DNA of 64,000 nt, from NCBI GenBank assembly GCA_002269645.1, contig NIVC01001484.1, positions 269,527 to 333,526 of the forward strand, in the 5' to 3' direction. Origin of the DNA: Macrostomum lignano (Eukaryota). The translations under genes were made by a program, and so were the position numbers. Positions 1 through 13,050 of this stretch are shown here, one piece after another (positions within the stretch are counted from its first letter, which is position 1; every line of letters begins with the position of its first letter). Under the pieces are notes generated by a model, which saw nothing but the letters and a program-made list of their open reading frames with translations, ran no database searches and was not told the DNA's origin.

Positions 1-1838
1 TTTAAATGAGCCCAGTCTTCAGTTTAACACTATATGCGATATCAATCTGACGAACTATAAGGGAACTTCAACAGCCAATAGAACGGAACGGGGGTACCAG
101 CAGGATGTCAAACGTAAAAAACGAGGAAAACAAACAGTAACTCGGTCAGATTAGCACTCCATCATTCTTTTCTTTCCGATCCATGAATACACACAGTTAA
201 CAAATTTTTTTGACTTTAGCAACACAGGAGCAGCAAGTAGCTTTCACTATAAGTTGACAGTAGATAGCAAACAGCTAAATTAGTAATAGTCAGAGTTAGT
301 TTTTACAGTTACAATTTGTTAGTGCAACACAAAGCAGCGAAGGCAGCAGCTCAAACCGGAAAGTGTGTGACGTCACATTTTTTCAAAAAGCGAACCGTGA
401 CTGGCAACTATATTCTGCATTTAAAACAAAACTTAATATTTCACTATATACTTACCTTGCCTAATTGATAGTGTCTGAAAATGTCTGAAATTGCTAACTA
501 CTTTCTAAATGAATACTTTAGAAATACTTTTAAACAGAATAATTAGATAACTCGTGGAAACTAAAATATTTGCATCAAATTCTCACCAAAATATTTTGGC
601 GATTTTAATTTTTCATCACATTGAACACCCACTGAGCGTCTAGTCAATGTTTCAGAAAAGTCGGAATTATTTTGTCGACCTAAACTTAAAGAAGCTTGAT
701 ACCCCGTCTATGAACCCGTCTGTGTGCCGAATTCTGCAATGCTAAGGCTACTCAAGGATTTGTGCAAAACTGCATGGTTGCCGCGTGAGCTGACGGTGGA
801 GCACAGGACGAGCTGATTGAGCGCTATTTATCAAGTGGTTCAAAATCGTTCATAACTTTGGAAAAATGCAGCCAAGCCTAAAATTTTATGGAACCACGAC
901 ACTTCAAAGTCTACATATTTAAAGTTTCATTCAAATCAGACGCTCTGGACGTGAGCAATAGTACAGAAAGTTTTGCAGCTTTATCTTGGACACACAATAT
1001 CTTGGAGACGTCCAACTGATACGTGTCTAGGAAGTTGCTGGCGCATCACAAAACACTTGTCTGCAGCGTCACGGATATCGATACGTATTTTTGTCTTAAG
1101 GGTCTGAACTACGGTGAAAATGCACATACAGGATTGGGAGTCTGAAAAAGCTGTGCACGGATGCATCATCTTTGGCTTTTATGTTTGGCGTCCTTTTACT
1201 TCTAATTTATTACATGTACGTGTCAACAGTTCTCAACAGTATACGAATTCAAACTCCGACTCCAAATACTCCGAATGGAAAGAAGATTGTCAGTCGTGCA
1301 CTCGAACTTCTCTGAGCAATATAAATATTGCCGTGTATTTGATCATAGACTGATGCGTTAGGCAAAATTTTCTGGTCAAAGTAAATATTTCAGTCTTCGG
1401 ATTGACTTCAGTTCTCAAGCAGTTTGATCTTCGCAGTGCTCAGCTCCTGAAGACAACACACATCGGTTCGAAACACGAATTGGCGAATTTTGCTGATTTC
1501 TCTCAGAGTCTGGAATTCAAAATAAAAAAATGTTTTGCGCTGATTGTCAAAGTAGTGCCAGAAGAAATCAGGACATATCTGATCAAAATTTTCAGAAAAG
1601 TAAATGTCCAAAATCTTGTTTGAAACAAACAACCAGGAATAGCAAATGGCGTAATGGCACTTTATACACATACGAGTACTTTTTGAATCTGCGAATCCGG
1701 GATCCTCATCCTTGATCAAAATTCGAACTATAGGACCCAGATTCTAATTTAGAATTTAAATCCGGAATCCTCATCCAGGACTGAATTCAGAAGTGCTATG
1801 AGCAGAGTATAAAGGAGCAACAGAGCAGCATCACCCAC

Positions 1839-2104
1839 CGCCAGACGTATCGATCCTTTTTCGACGCTCGTCGCTCAAGGTGTCGATAGCGTTTGAGCAG
1901 CGTCTCGCGAGCAATTTCGTCATCATAGGGCTCGACGGTCTCGAAGCGCCGTTTCAGCGTGAACATGTTGCTCCAGGGACTCTCGTCACCTCCGTCGTTC
2001 GCGGGGACGGCATTGACAACGGCGTCCTTGGCAACGAGGCTGCCGGCAAGGAGCACAGCGCCGGACAGGACCAGCAGGGAGGCGAAGGCGTTGTTGCCGA
2101 GCAT
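1839..2104 (-). CDS. Candidate neuropeptide/secreted prohormone, one coding exon (rest of gene not located)
   Basis: Acceptor ttcctgtcctcag| opens the exon at 2112, ATG at 2104, donor CG|gtgggt after 1839. Translation MLGNNAFASLLVLSGAVLLAGSLVAKDAVVNA (signal-peptide-like), then KRR, KR, RR and KK basic sites flanking short peptides. Confidence 0.55.
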
Positions 2105-2141
2105 GAGTTCCACTGAGGACAGGAAGATTGCGATTGGATAG

Positions 2142-2806
<665 letters not shown>

Positions 2807-3399
2807 CTATTAATAAACTATTCATACTGTACAGACTCACCTTCTAATTAGGAGTTTTCAGTTTTACGAATATATCAGCTGGTTTTGGTGAAAGTCACTG
2901 CGAACAGCTACAGCTTGATCCTCTGTTCAGTGCCTTATATAGCAACAAGCTACCAGTATTCGAGCTTGAGCTCCCATTGGCTGCTCGGAAGGGCCCTGGC
3001 CCGTGTCTAATTCGAGATTCAGTCTCGAATGGATCACGCAGCGAGTTTTAGCCCCAAAATTTGAATAAATATTTCAGAGCAAGCAGCTCGCGAGTTTGAC
3101 CCAGTGACACCCCAAATATGGCCCTTGAAATTCTTGAGGCCTCATCACTTGAAACCCCTCGAATTCCCACGGGATTGAGGAGCAGAACAAAAAGTTTATC
3201 CAGAGTGAAACTTTGACTCCGTCACTGTGGAGCTGACGTATTTCACCGATACGTGGAATCTTGAATGCGTTTTGTTCGTTTGCATAATTAATTTTGTGGG
3301 CATGTCAAGCGTGCTCAGCCTGGGCTGAGTTGGCTCAAATGTGGCTCTGGATGGCTAATCGAGTTTCTGGAGCGAGACTCGGACTGTGTGGCAACCAAA

Positions 3400-3500
3400 G
3401 CCAGCGAAGCTGGAATGGCGATGCGGCACAAATGTGTCGCGAATTGCGAAGGCCCTGCTGGTTGGCTTTGATTGACCTATAGGGATACGACCAAGGAGCG
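3400..3500 (+). pseudogene. Possible degenerate non-LTR retrotransposon RT fragment
   Basis: QMCRELRRPCWLALIDL*GYD resembles the LINE RT motif E..RE...P...AFIDL.KAFD. No other RT motifs recognised. Confidence 0.3.
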
Positions 3501-4056
3501 GTAGAAGTTGCAGTTGTATCGCGACTTAAGTAACACCCATGATCAATGGAAAATTGTTTAAAGGCTCAACTAAAACTTTCATTGGTCCTTTGGCGTGACC
3601 GTGGATAGACCTACAACACCTTCGAAGGAGGACAACGTCCCACAATCAGCGTGGAGGCAATTCATTAAGGAAACCACGCCACATGTTGACTTCATGTTAC
3701 TGATAATCAATCACCGCAATAAACTGTTTTCAAATTTGTTTGACACACAAAAATAAGATGGTTCCAAAATCATGTTTCCTCCCTGAGAGAAACAGAGCGC
3801 TTATTACAAAAGTGGATGACTAGTACAAGTTTTCTCTCGCTCAAGCTGTCTCTTCGCACGCAATTCGTCAGTTTACAACTTAATTTATGCGAGCTATAAC
3901 CACCTTATTTTGAGACAGCACTTCTCTGCAAGTCGCTTTTAAACCTAAATGATACTGCAGACTAATTTCGACTATTTTAATTGGCTTAGCCAAAAAATTG
4001 TTTAAAAGACTTTTGTCAATCAGGGACGTGGTAAGGGGTAGGGCTACCAAAACTAT

Positions 4057-4254
4057 GGCGCCCCTTGGTGCTGGCGCCTCTTGTTACTGGCGCCTCTTGG
4101 TGCTGGCGCCTCTTGGTGCTGGCGCCTCTTGGTGCTGGCGCCTCTTGTTACTGGCGCCTCTTGGTGCTGGCGCCTCTTGGTGCTGGCGCCTCTTGGTGCT
4201 GGCGCCTCTTGGTGCTGGCGCCTCTTGGTGCTGGCGCCTCTTGGTGCTGGCGCC
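4057..4254. repeat. 16-bp minisatellite (GGCGCCTCTTGGTGCT)n
   Basis: About 12 tandem units read directly. Confidence 0.97.
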
Positions 4255-6492
4255 ACACCCCATAGTCCAAGCTATGTCAACACAAAAATTACCTTAGCAA
4301 AAATATTTCAGTAGGCGAAATGACAGAACATACACAGCAAGGACCCCCAAAAGTTACCATTTCGCAAAATTTTATTTCCTTACATACTACCCCTCTGATG
4401 GCGTTCTTAGTAGTTCGACTAGCAATCTAGTGCCCCCCTTCGGGGCAGCCAATAAGCAAGGGACGAAAATTCTTTTTTTATGAATCCTTTTTGCCTCGAC
4501 ATCGAACCAATTCTCCCAGTAAGAAGCCTTGACATCTCAGCAATCTTCAAATAAGTTAATTTTTGCATATTGAAGCCAAAGGGAGCTATAGGCCTGATCT
4601 AAGTCGAAGTCGGAGAAGGGACACACATTGTTTTGCAGCAGCCTCTATGTAAAAAACCTATGCGACGTCGCTCACACGTGCCGATCGAAAGTGACTAGAT
4701 TCCCTTAAAAATATTGAGGCTTGCATGGTTGCCAATGGTACGAGCGTAATTCGCAAGTGTTTTTGCTATTTTCTAATGATTTAAACCGGCTTTAGTGTGT
4801 CTGTGGCTAATAATATAGTAGTACAGTGGTGTATTAGCGCCTTTTTTTAGAGGCAGGGGATTGTGTGCACCCTGGCGCACTTTAAGTGACATAGGCACAC
4901 AACCGGCGAGAGGCATTACTGCCCATTCCGCCGACTCCCCTGAGCAGGCATACAAGCGCGCGGATACTAAAGCCCTTAAAATATGGCTATATCAATGATA
5001 TTGTGCCATAGACATTTTTGCCAAAGCTACGCTCGTATCAATTGGAAAGTAATCGTGACGGGGCGGAGCCATACTCACTACCATAGACATATTTTTGTTT
5101 TGCCCATCGAGTAATTAGAGTTTGGCCATAGACAGCTGGTTGTATCAACAAATTCTGGTGCTTCTCTCTACCGCTCGATTAGCAAGCATTATTTAATGGG
5201 CCATCTATGGCTATTAACAGGCACCGATATTGGCCTACCAGACAAAAGGGCCATGCTATTGAACATAATCAGTAGTGTTGAGTCAGGCTGTAGCAAATTT
5301 CATAGTGTATTAAATGACCCCAGAAATTTAGTTTTTGGCCGCTTAACCACCCACTGCTTGGAACCAAAGAGTCTTTCGAACGAAAAATCATTTTATATTT
5401 TCAAAACTAAAAAAATAATGTTAGCTAGATAGTTATAGAGAAAAATATTCTATTAATTAATTGCTCGTTTAGGCTTCTAAATTATCTGAAGCTAATGCAA
5501 CTTTTCATCTTGCAAGTCATGCACTCTCCAGTTGCCTGAGACAAAATTGATTGCTACCTAGGGGGCTGGGGGCAGAGCAGACTATTGTTCCCAACTCTGC
5601 AGGTACTTCTGGGAAAACTGCGGGAGCCTCTTCACCCGCAGCCTTCCCGTCGCCTGCATCGCCTTAGCCCTGTCGTCACGCTGCGCGCCGCGGGAAGAAA
5701 CGGCAGGCTTTAAAGCCTAATTTCTTTAGCAGGCAAAGCTCTTCACGCAACAATTGCCTGGCATTGTCTGTCAGGTTGTTGCCATTCCTCAGCAGCTGCG
5801 ACTCAGGTGCCGATAGAGCCGGCTGCTTTAAAAAACAGAATCACTCCGTACTGAGAAACGCGCGTGTGAGATGATTTTTTTAGAATCTCTTTACTCGCGT
5901 GGCTGCAACGACAGGTGCCTGTATTGTAGCAGCCAGTTTTGTTATTGGTAGCGGTTGCTATTGACAACCGAAATGCTGCGCGCGACTGCCACCTCCTCCG
6001 CCCCTGTGCAGCCTGGACTGAAACCATCTTGAATGAAGAGAGGGAGGACATGCTGAGGGAGTGAGGGAGGAACCAAAGAGAGAGAGGGGGGGGCAGAGAA
6101 ACGGGGGCCACAGGATTGCACTGGTCGACTAGCAACTCAAGTCATCTGCTTCAGGTGCGCCATTCCCAAGCATTAATTAGCAGTTGCGGTGGGAGAGAAT
6201 ATGCTACTGGCATGGACTGGGAGAGTTGGACGGCTGTTGCAGCAGTTTTGGGTGGTTGGCAACAAAACGGATGGGGTGTTTTTTCAACTGGCAATATTAA
6301 GCGCGCGGTGGCCCGAGAGCCAGGCTGCATCCAGCTGCCTTGTCGTTAGTTTGAGCTAAAAAAGAGCCAGCAATCATTAACCGCAGGGTAATAAAATTGA
6401 CTAGCAGGACTCAGCCAGATCTGTACCGCCTGAGCCATGCCGGAGCCCGCAGCTGCTGCAAACGACGCCGCTAGCAAGCGGTCGACCTCCCA

Positions 6493-8023
6493 ATGCCGCC
6501 AGTTAGAAACTCCAGCGGAGGCGCGTCGGGGCGCGGCGGTGGTGGCGGTGGCGGCGGCATCACCGAAGAAGTCGACGTGGTATTTCTGGAGAGTTTGGAC
6601 AAGAAGTACGAGTGCCCCGTGTGCGGCCAGGTGCTGCGCTATCCTGTACAGTTCGAGGAGTGCGGACACCGCTGCTGCAGCTCCTGCCTGCCCGACCTAC
6701 TGAGGTTGGTCTTTGTCAGTTTGGTTAATATTTGGTTTGGTTGGAAGTTAATATGCTGGATGGGAATAATTATTTGATGAACAGACTGTCTTACTGTCTT
6801 AGCCCATTTGCTTTTCACCGAAGGGTGGAGAATAATCAATAAAGTATTATCAATAAATTCTTTTCAATTGGCAGGAAAAGGCAGAGGTTGTTATTAATAC
6901 ACATTTATAATTTCTTTAAGCTGCCGTTTCAACAATTGCACGCACTGTAGAAGAAGTAGAGTGACCTGTAGGGCTTGTGTAGGTCTACAGTTAAATTGAA
7001 TTAGTCCACAACTTGAAGCTTTACCACTAATATAAGCTGCCTCTGACCTCTGTCACAGGGTCTTTAAAGTTCTGCGAGTCTTGAACGGACTTAACCCCTT
7101 AACTCTTCAAAAAACTGACAGGGTGGCGCCTCGATGCCCGATCGACCAGCAAACAATCGACAAGGACAAGGTGTACGCTGACAAAGCCTTCCAGAAGGAG
7201 ACGGACAGCCTGGGCGTTAAATGCTCTTTTTTTGAGCGCGGCTGCAACTGGACCGGCGTGCTCTCTGAGCTGATGGTGAGCTATTAGATGAGCAAATTAT
7301 CTGTTAGCTTTTCTGTCCAAGAAAACGGATTGTCATGCTGATCCAGGGTCTGTGGTGTTTGAGCGGACAAACGCGACGATTCGTGGAGTTCACGACTCCA
7401 AATTGGGACTTTAAAATGAGCTTACATGTAGTAAGGGATAGCCTGATAATATTCAGACGAATAGGGACTTAAAAAGGCCCCATATAATTTGGGTTAAACG
7501 GTGACGAACAAAAAATTTGACAGGCACCAAAATTAGGGACTTAAAACCTGCCTTTAAATGTCAAAATGGGACCTAAAGAAATATCCAAATGTAACCTACT
7601 CGTATGTAGGGTTGAGAGAGTTTAAAAGACAAAGGTTTCCGAAAAAGAGAGTGAGGAAATAAACTCACCAAGTACTATTTCCGTCCATTTACAATCCACA
7701 GTCGCATATCGAAGGCTGCGACCGCATGCTGACCACATGCCCCATGCGCTGCGGTGTGGAGTTTCAAAAACGTTTCCTGGAAAAGCACCGATTGGAGGAC
7801 TGCCCTAAACGGGACATTCAATGCCAGTTCTGCGAGATTGGCCTCGTGGCCGAACAGGAGGCCGGGCATCTCGAGACCTGCACGAAGTTTTTGGTGCCCT
7901 GCCCGAACAAGTGCAAGAAGAAGGAAGTGGCCAGGGAGATGATGCAGGAGCACCTGGAGAATGAGTGCATGCGGCAGGACCTCTGCTGCCCGTTTTCCAC
8001 GTACGGCTGCGACTTCAGCGTAA

Positions 8024-8077
<54 letters not shown>

Positions 8078-9693
8078 TTCGGTGTCTCAGTGCCTGACTT
8101 AGTGCATGTCTGTTTGTCAGTTCGTCAGCCACAGCCACTCCCGCGCTCCTTCCAGGGCCGCAAGAAGCAGCTGAAGGAGCACATAGCCGAGAAGCAGCTC
8201 AACCATATGGAAATTCTGTGCTCGGCCGTGAAACAGGGCGACAAAAACCAGGAGAAGCAGCAGAAGCAGATCTTAGAGATGGAGAAGAAGCTGGTGGGTG
8301 TGGAGCGCCGTGTTGGCGGCCTGGAGAATCTGTTCGGACCGCAGCTGGTGTGGCGCATCGACAATTACCAGGAGAAGCTGGCCGAGGCCAAGGCGGGAAA
8401 GAAAGCCACCATTTTTAGTCCGCCGTTTTTAACAAACCGGCATGGCTACAAACTGGCCTTGTCCGCCTGCCTATACGGCGATGGGAAATGTGAGTGCATG
8501 CTTGGTTTGCATGTTGTCTTTTAGTTATGTAAGTTCGCAGGATGGGAGCCTTTGGCAGCTGTCTTTAGTATCGCGGGCGGGAATCGCTCGACCAGCCAAA
8601 GGAAAGTTTGCCTGCGAACCACGAATTGGTGTGGCTTTGCTAGAAATCGAACTACACTGTACGGCGTGTTGCCGCTCCGCTACTCAACCCTCGTGTTAGT
8701 AATTTTGTTATTTGCAGTGGGGAGCTAATTTGAACAGTGCCGCAAGTTAAGGCGACAGTCTACATGCAGCCAGCGATCGGAGACAAGCTGTCCTTGTCCT
8801 TTCTGCTGAGCACACCCACGGATACGTACGCAGTACGCAACGTCCCACGTACGATGATACGTACAGGGACTTATTCGTAATCAGACAGGTGTACGTCCCT
8901 GTACTTAATTGGTTAGCCCAAATTGCCGTGATTCGCACAGCAGAAAAGCCCCATGTCAATTTTCGTGACCGACGACTAAGTCGTATAGTAATATATCGTC
9001 TATCTATTATAAATCGGACCCAAGTACCCAGGGACTTGGGCGGGAACACGTATACCGATCGGTACTCAATGTTCTATTACACACACTTTATAGTTAACAG
9101 CAGAATGGAGCTTGAAAAATCATGAGCTCATGAAGATGAATGTATATGACGTGTCACCACACCGCATAGGTAAAGATGTTTGATTAAACGCACCCATTAG
9201 ACATGCACAGCTCAAAGTGAAAACCTGTACTGGTGCAATTATAATAATCGCACTTACTTTTCTTTATGCTTAAGTTTTGCCCACCCTAGTAGAAGTATGA
9301 ATAGCACAGCCGTTTTTTAGCCTAATGCTACAAATCGTATGCGATGCAATTTTAACTTCCGCAGTCCGAGGCCAGTATATGTCCCTGTTCGCCTGCATCT
9401 GCAAGGGCGAAAACGACGCCCTCCTTGCCTGGCCGTTCGCTTACAAGCTGACCTTCCAGCTCATCGACCAGTGCGAGGATGTGTCGGCCAGGAAGAACAT
9501 TGTCTACACCGTGACACCGAACCCGTGCAAAGAGAATCGACCATTTCTGGGTCGACCGCTTGGCGAGAGGAATGCGAGCTTCGGAGCGGCGAGGTTCGCC
9601 GAGCTGGACGCCATCGGGAAGCTGGACTACATCAAGGACGACACCATGTACGTGAAGGTGACGGTTGATCTGGAGAATCTACTGCCGCTGTGA
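6493..9693 (+). CDS. TRAF4: TNF receptor-associated factor (TRAF4-like): RING, TRAF zinc fingers, coiled coil, MATH/TRAF-C; 5 exons, ~448 aa
   Basis: Exons 6493-6704, 7122-7275, 7702-8019, 8156-8489, 9365-9693, all GT-AG and phase-compatible. RING CPVC...PVQFEECGHRCCSSC; TRAF zinc fingers CPMRC..H..EDC, CQFC..H..TC, CPNKC..H..NEC; MATH domain WRIDNY..FSPPF..GYKLALSA..GDG..LAWPF..KLTFQLIDQ..YIKDDTMYVKV. Family is certain; the TRAF4 subfamily is by RING spacing only. Confidence 0.92.
8026..8076. repeat. (TCTG)n microsatellite in TRAF intron 3
   Basis: Read directly. Confidence 0.97.
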
Positions 9694-9759
9694 TTTGAGG
9701 TTTGAATTCTGAGGACATTGATTTTGAGTAGCCCTGTAGCTAAGACTAGAACTTGTACT

Positions 9760-9890
9760 CGAAAATATTATTCCAAGGACCACTAGAAGTTACCGTTGTA
9801 TCAGGATGTTCAAATAATTTTGCAATATTTACGAGTGTTTCGTCCTGATACAACGGTAACTTATAGTTGTCCTTATATTATTCTCGTACA
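9760..9890. repeat. Inverted repeat / hairpin in the putative TRAF 3'UTR (small MITE or structured RNA)
   Basis: aagttaccgttgtatcagga (9787-9806) is the perfect reverse complement of 9843-9862. The stem extends to ~32 bp with 2 mismatches. Confidence 0.85.
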
Positions 9891-11071
9891 AACTAAGAGG
9901 TGTATCTTAAACGGCTTAATAGAAGTGCACTCTCTACCCTGATCCATGAGCACAGCTGCGATGCGTAAAGCCTTACACAGTTACAGCTTTGTGAGGTGTG
10001 AGGCCTCACACTGCGAGGTCGCACGTTTAACCACGTTTGCTGTTCCGTATCGTAGAGAAATGTATCCTCTGACGCGAATCGCATATTTTTCTGCATGTTT
10101 TACAACTGTTTTCGATGTACATGGATCGTTACTGCAGTTTACTGCATGTACATGTACATGTAGCTTAATACTGACTCAATTTTTTTTTCTACAGCAAAAA
10201 CCGGGACTATACCGGGACCGGGACCGGGAACCGGGACCGGGACTATATATGAGCATCATATATTTTTGTGATCCGCTATTTCTATCGATGTTAGCTTAAC
10301 AAAAACTGCGAGCCTGGCCATGAACTAAATGTGGAATATTTTTGTTACTCTTAGCTTATCAGAAAAAGCACTCAAATTAATCATTTTTAAGTGTATAATT
10401 ATTGGACGATCTGATTTTAAAATATAAAAGTAAATACTCTATAGAGGATCCCAACTTTAACGATCAATTTTCTCATATCAACTAAATGATAAGCACGCTA
10501 GTAACATGTTTGTTATCGTCTTTTAAGATCATGATCATTTACAAGTACGTATATATATATTTCCTTTAATTGCGATCAAATATCTGTAGTAGTGGAGCTA
10601 CATGTACATGTATACTGAACTACATGCATGTGCTGATCATGCAAACAAAGAATACAGTTACATGTAATTTTTAGCTTAGCGCACTGTTACATCTAAATGT
10701 ACTTGGCGAAGATCAGAGTACATGTAGCTCAGCGATAAAGTCTGGCTTGCACTACGAACCCCTTAAGTTAGTTTGAAATTACTTCGACGACCATATCTAT
10801 TAATTTGTGGCTTGTTGTGCACAAAACATAGGCCGCGGGTTGCAATGCGATTCATGCAGCCAGCTGCGGGAGGCCGCGGGCCATGCAGCCCCAAAGGCGC
10901 AGGGAGTTGTACATGCCTATAGCTGATTATTAGAATCGATCGAGAATCCTTAACATACATATCTATATATGCACATGTGGGATAAAAAGATGACGACCCT
11001 AGAAGACATTGACTTGTTGATTCAACAGATCTTATCTATCTTCTTGGGGCTGCGCAATGCAATGGTTTACC

Positions 11072-11255
11072 CCCGATTCGCCGAATCCTGATTTGCCGAT
11101 TCCCAGCTCGCCGAATCCTGATTCGCCGATTCCTGGTTCGCCGAAATTCCCGAGTCGCCTATTCCCGATTTGCCGAAATTCCTGATTTGCCGAAATTCCT
11201 TATTTGCCGAAATTCCTCATTGCCGAATCCCAACTTGCCGATTTCCTGATTCGCA
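11072..11255. repeat. Degenerate ~16-bp (TTGCCGAAATTCCTGA)n array, probably transposon subterminal repeats
   Basis: Repeated gccga(a/t)(t)tcc units, followed by an AT-rich block. Confidence 0.7.
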
Positions 11256-13050
11256 AAAATAATATGAAACTCTAAAGTTTATTAAATTAAATTAAAAAAA
11301 TTGCTAAAATAACAGGTTGCTGAAATAAAGCTTCCGGCTTTGTTATATTAACAAGAAAATTTAAAGTTTGTGACGTTCTATTTTTTGCAAATAGCTAATG
11401 CTTAGCTAATATAAAAACGCGAGCGTGTGTGCGCGGAATAACCACGGTCACAGAAGAGGAGTCTTGCTGCGGAACCACGGATTCTGTCTGGTGCTAGGGT
11501 CGTATATATATTAAGCTATGCAAATAGCAATTGCTAATTTCTAATTAATAATTGAGCTATCTATAACTTTCCTTATTCTTTTTATTGATTATTGTTAATG
11601 TATTGAGCCTTTGTAAATAAATTAAATACAATATTATAACATTACAAAAAGCCATTTTGATTTTATTTTGATACAAATCTTGAGAATGGTTATTAACATT
11701 AGGGCCTAATTGCAATAAAAGAGCAATATAAAAAATAGTAATGGATGGAAATTTGGTTTTGATTTAAATAATATTTCAAATTTTGAACCTTATTTTGTAT
11801 TAAAATAATTTCAATTTCAAAGTTTAACACTATTCATTGAAAATCATTTCTAAATTTGGTTATGTTTTAACAATTAAGCATTCGAGACCATGTTATATAA
11901 AAGAATCTATAGAAAGTGAAAAGAAGTGCAATTCACTGAAAGTAAAGAGGCAAGAATCACCTTTTTATATGGGCATATATACAAGAACCATTGTGCACAC
12001 AAATTTTTCTAGGCCTTGTGGTATACCCACCTCAACCTCTATAAAAGAAAGCACACTGGCTAAACTTATTAGCATAGATTTGAATTGGCTAAAGACTAAA
12101 AATCTTAATGAAATTGATATTTAAAGTCTCTTATAACATGAATTATAAAAGTCGTTCTATTCTAAGTACAATATATAATATTAGCTTTTTCTATTTCATA
12201 GTTTTTAAGTAAGTAATTCCATGTATTTTGGTACAAAAACCAAGATATTTTATAAAAAAACATGTCAGCTTATACATGTAAATGCAAGTTGTTAAACTTT
12301 TATTGTAAAATTTGCAAAAATTTGAAACTGTTTAACCCAAAAAGATTTTGATTCTGATTTAAATTTTTATTTTAATCTTAAATTCAGTTTTAATACAAAA
12401 AAAGTAATTTCATTCTTTCACTATAAAAAGTTGGCCAATTGTAGATAAGTAGAATTAGAAAGCATGTTAAAAGTATAGAAGATCAAGACAAACAACATAT
12501 TTTATTATAGGATCTTAATTTAATAAGTTAGATAATAAACAAAGCCTTAATTGACTGTGATTTGATAGACATTAATTAAACTAATAGATTGCAGCTTGAA
12601 ATAAAATATTGATTATATTATAAGACTAGTTTAATATAGTGAGTAGGTTTTGTCTTTGATAGATTTTGGTTTTATATGGAGAATGCTAATAGATTTTTTT
12701 ATTACAGAGCTACTATTTCTATGAAATATCATAATATATATGATAAATGATTTTTATGTTTCTATTTGAAAAAACTATATATAGATATTGATATTAATAT
12801 GGAAACATGTTAAAGCTAAATTTTAATATTGGCATTTGTATGATATATGTATATTTTGAAATCATTTATAAAATATTTAATTTAAGAATATCTTTACCAT
12901 GGATTCTGTTCCTTGCAGATGTCTGTCTTGGAATTATATAATATATTTTCAAAATTTTGTCAACAGTTACAACAAATTTCAGAGACCTTAAATTAATGTG
13001 CTATTGATTTTGCATTAAAGATCAATATATAAACCTTTTCTGTCTGTAAG

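Noticed and set aside
3998-4314. Overlapping LVLAPLGAGASWCW ORFs
   Set aside because: Artefacts of the 16-bp tandem repeat.
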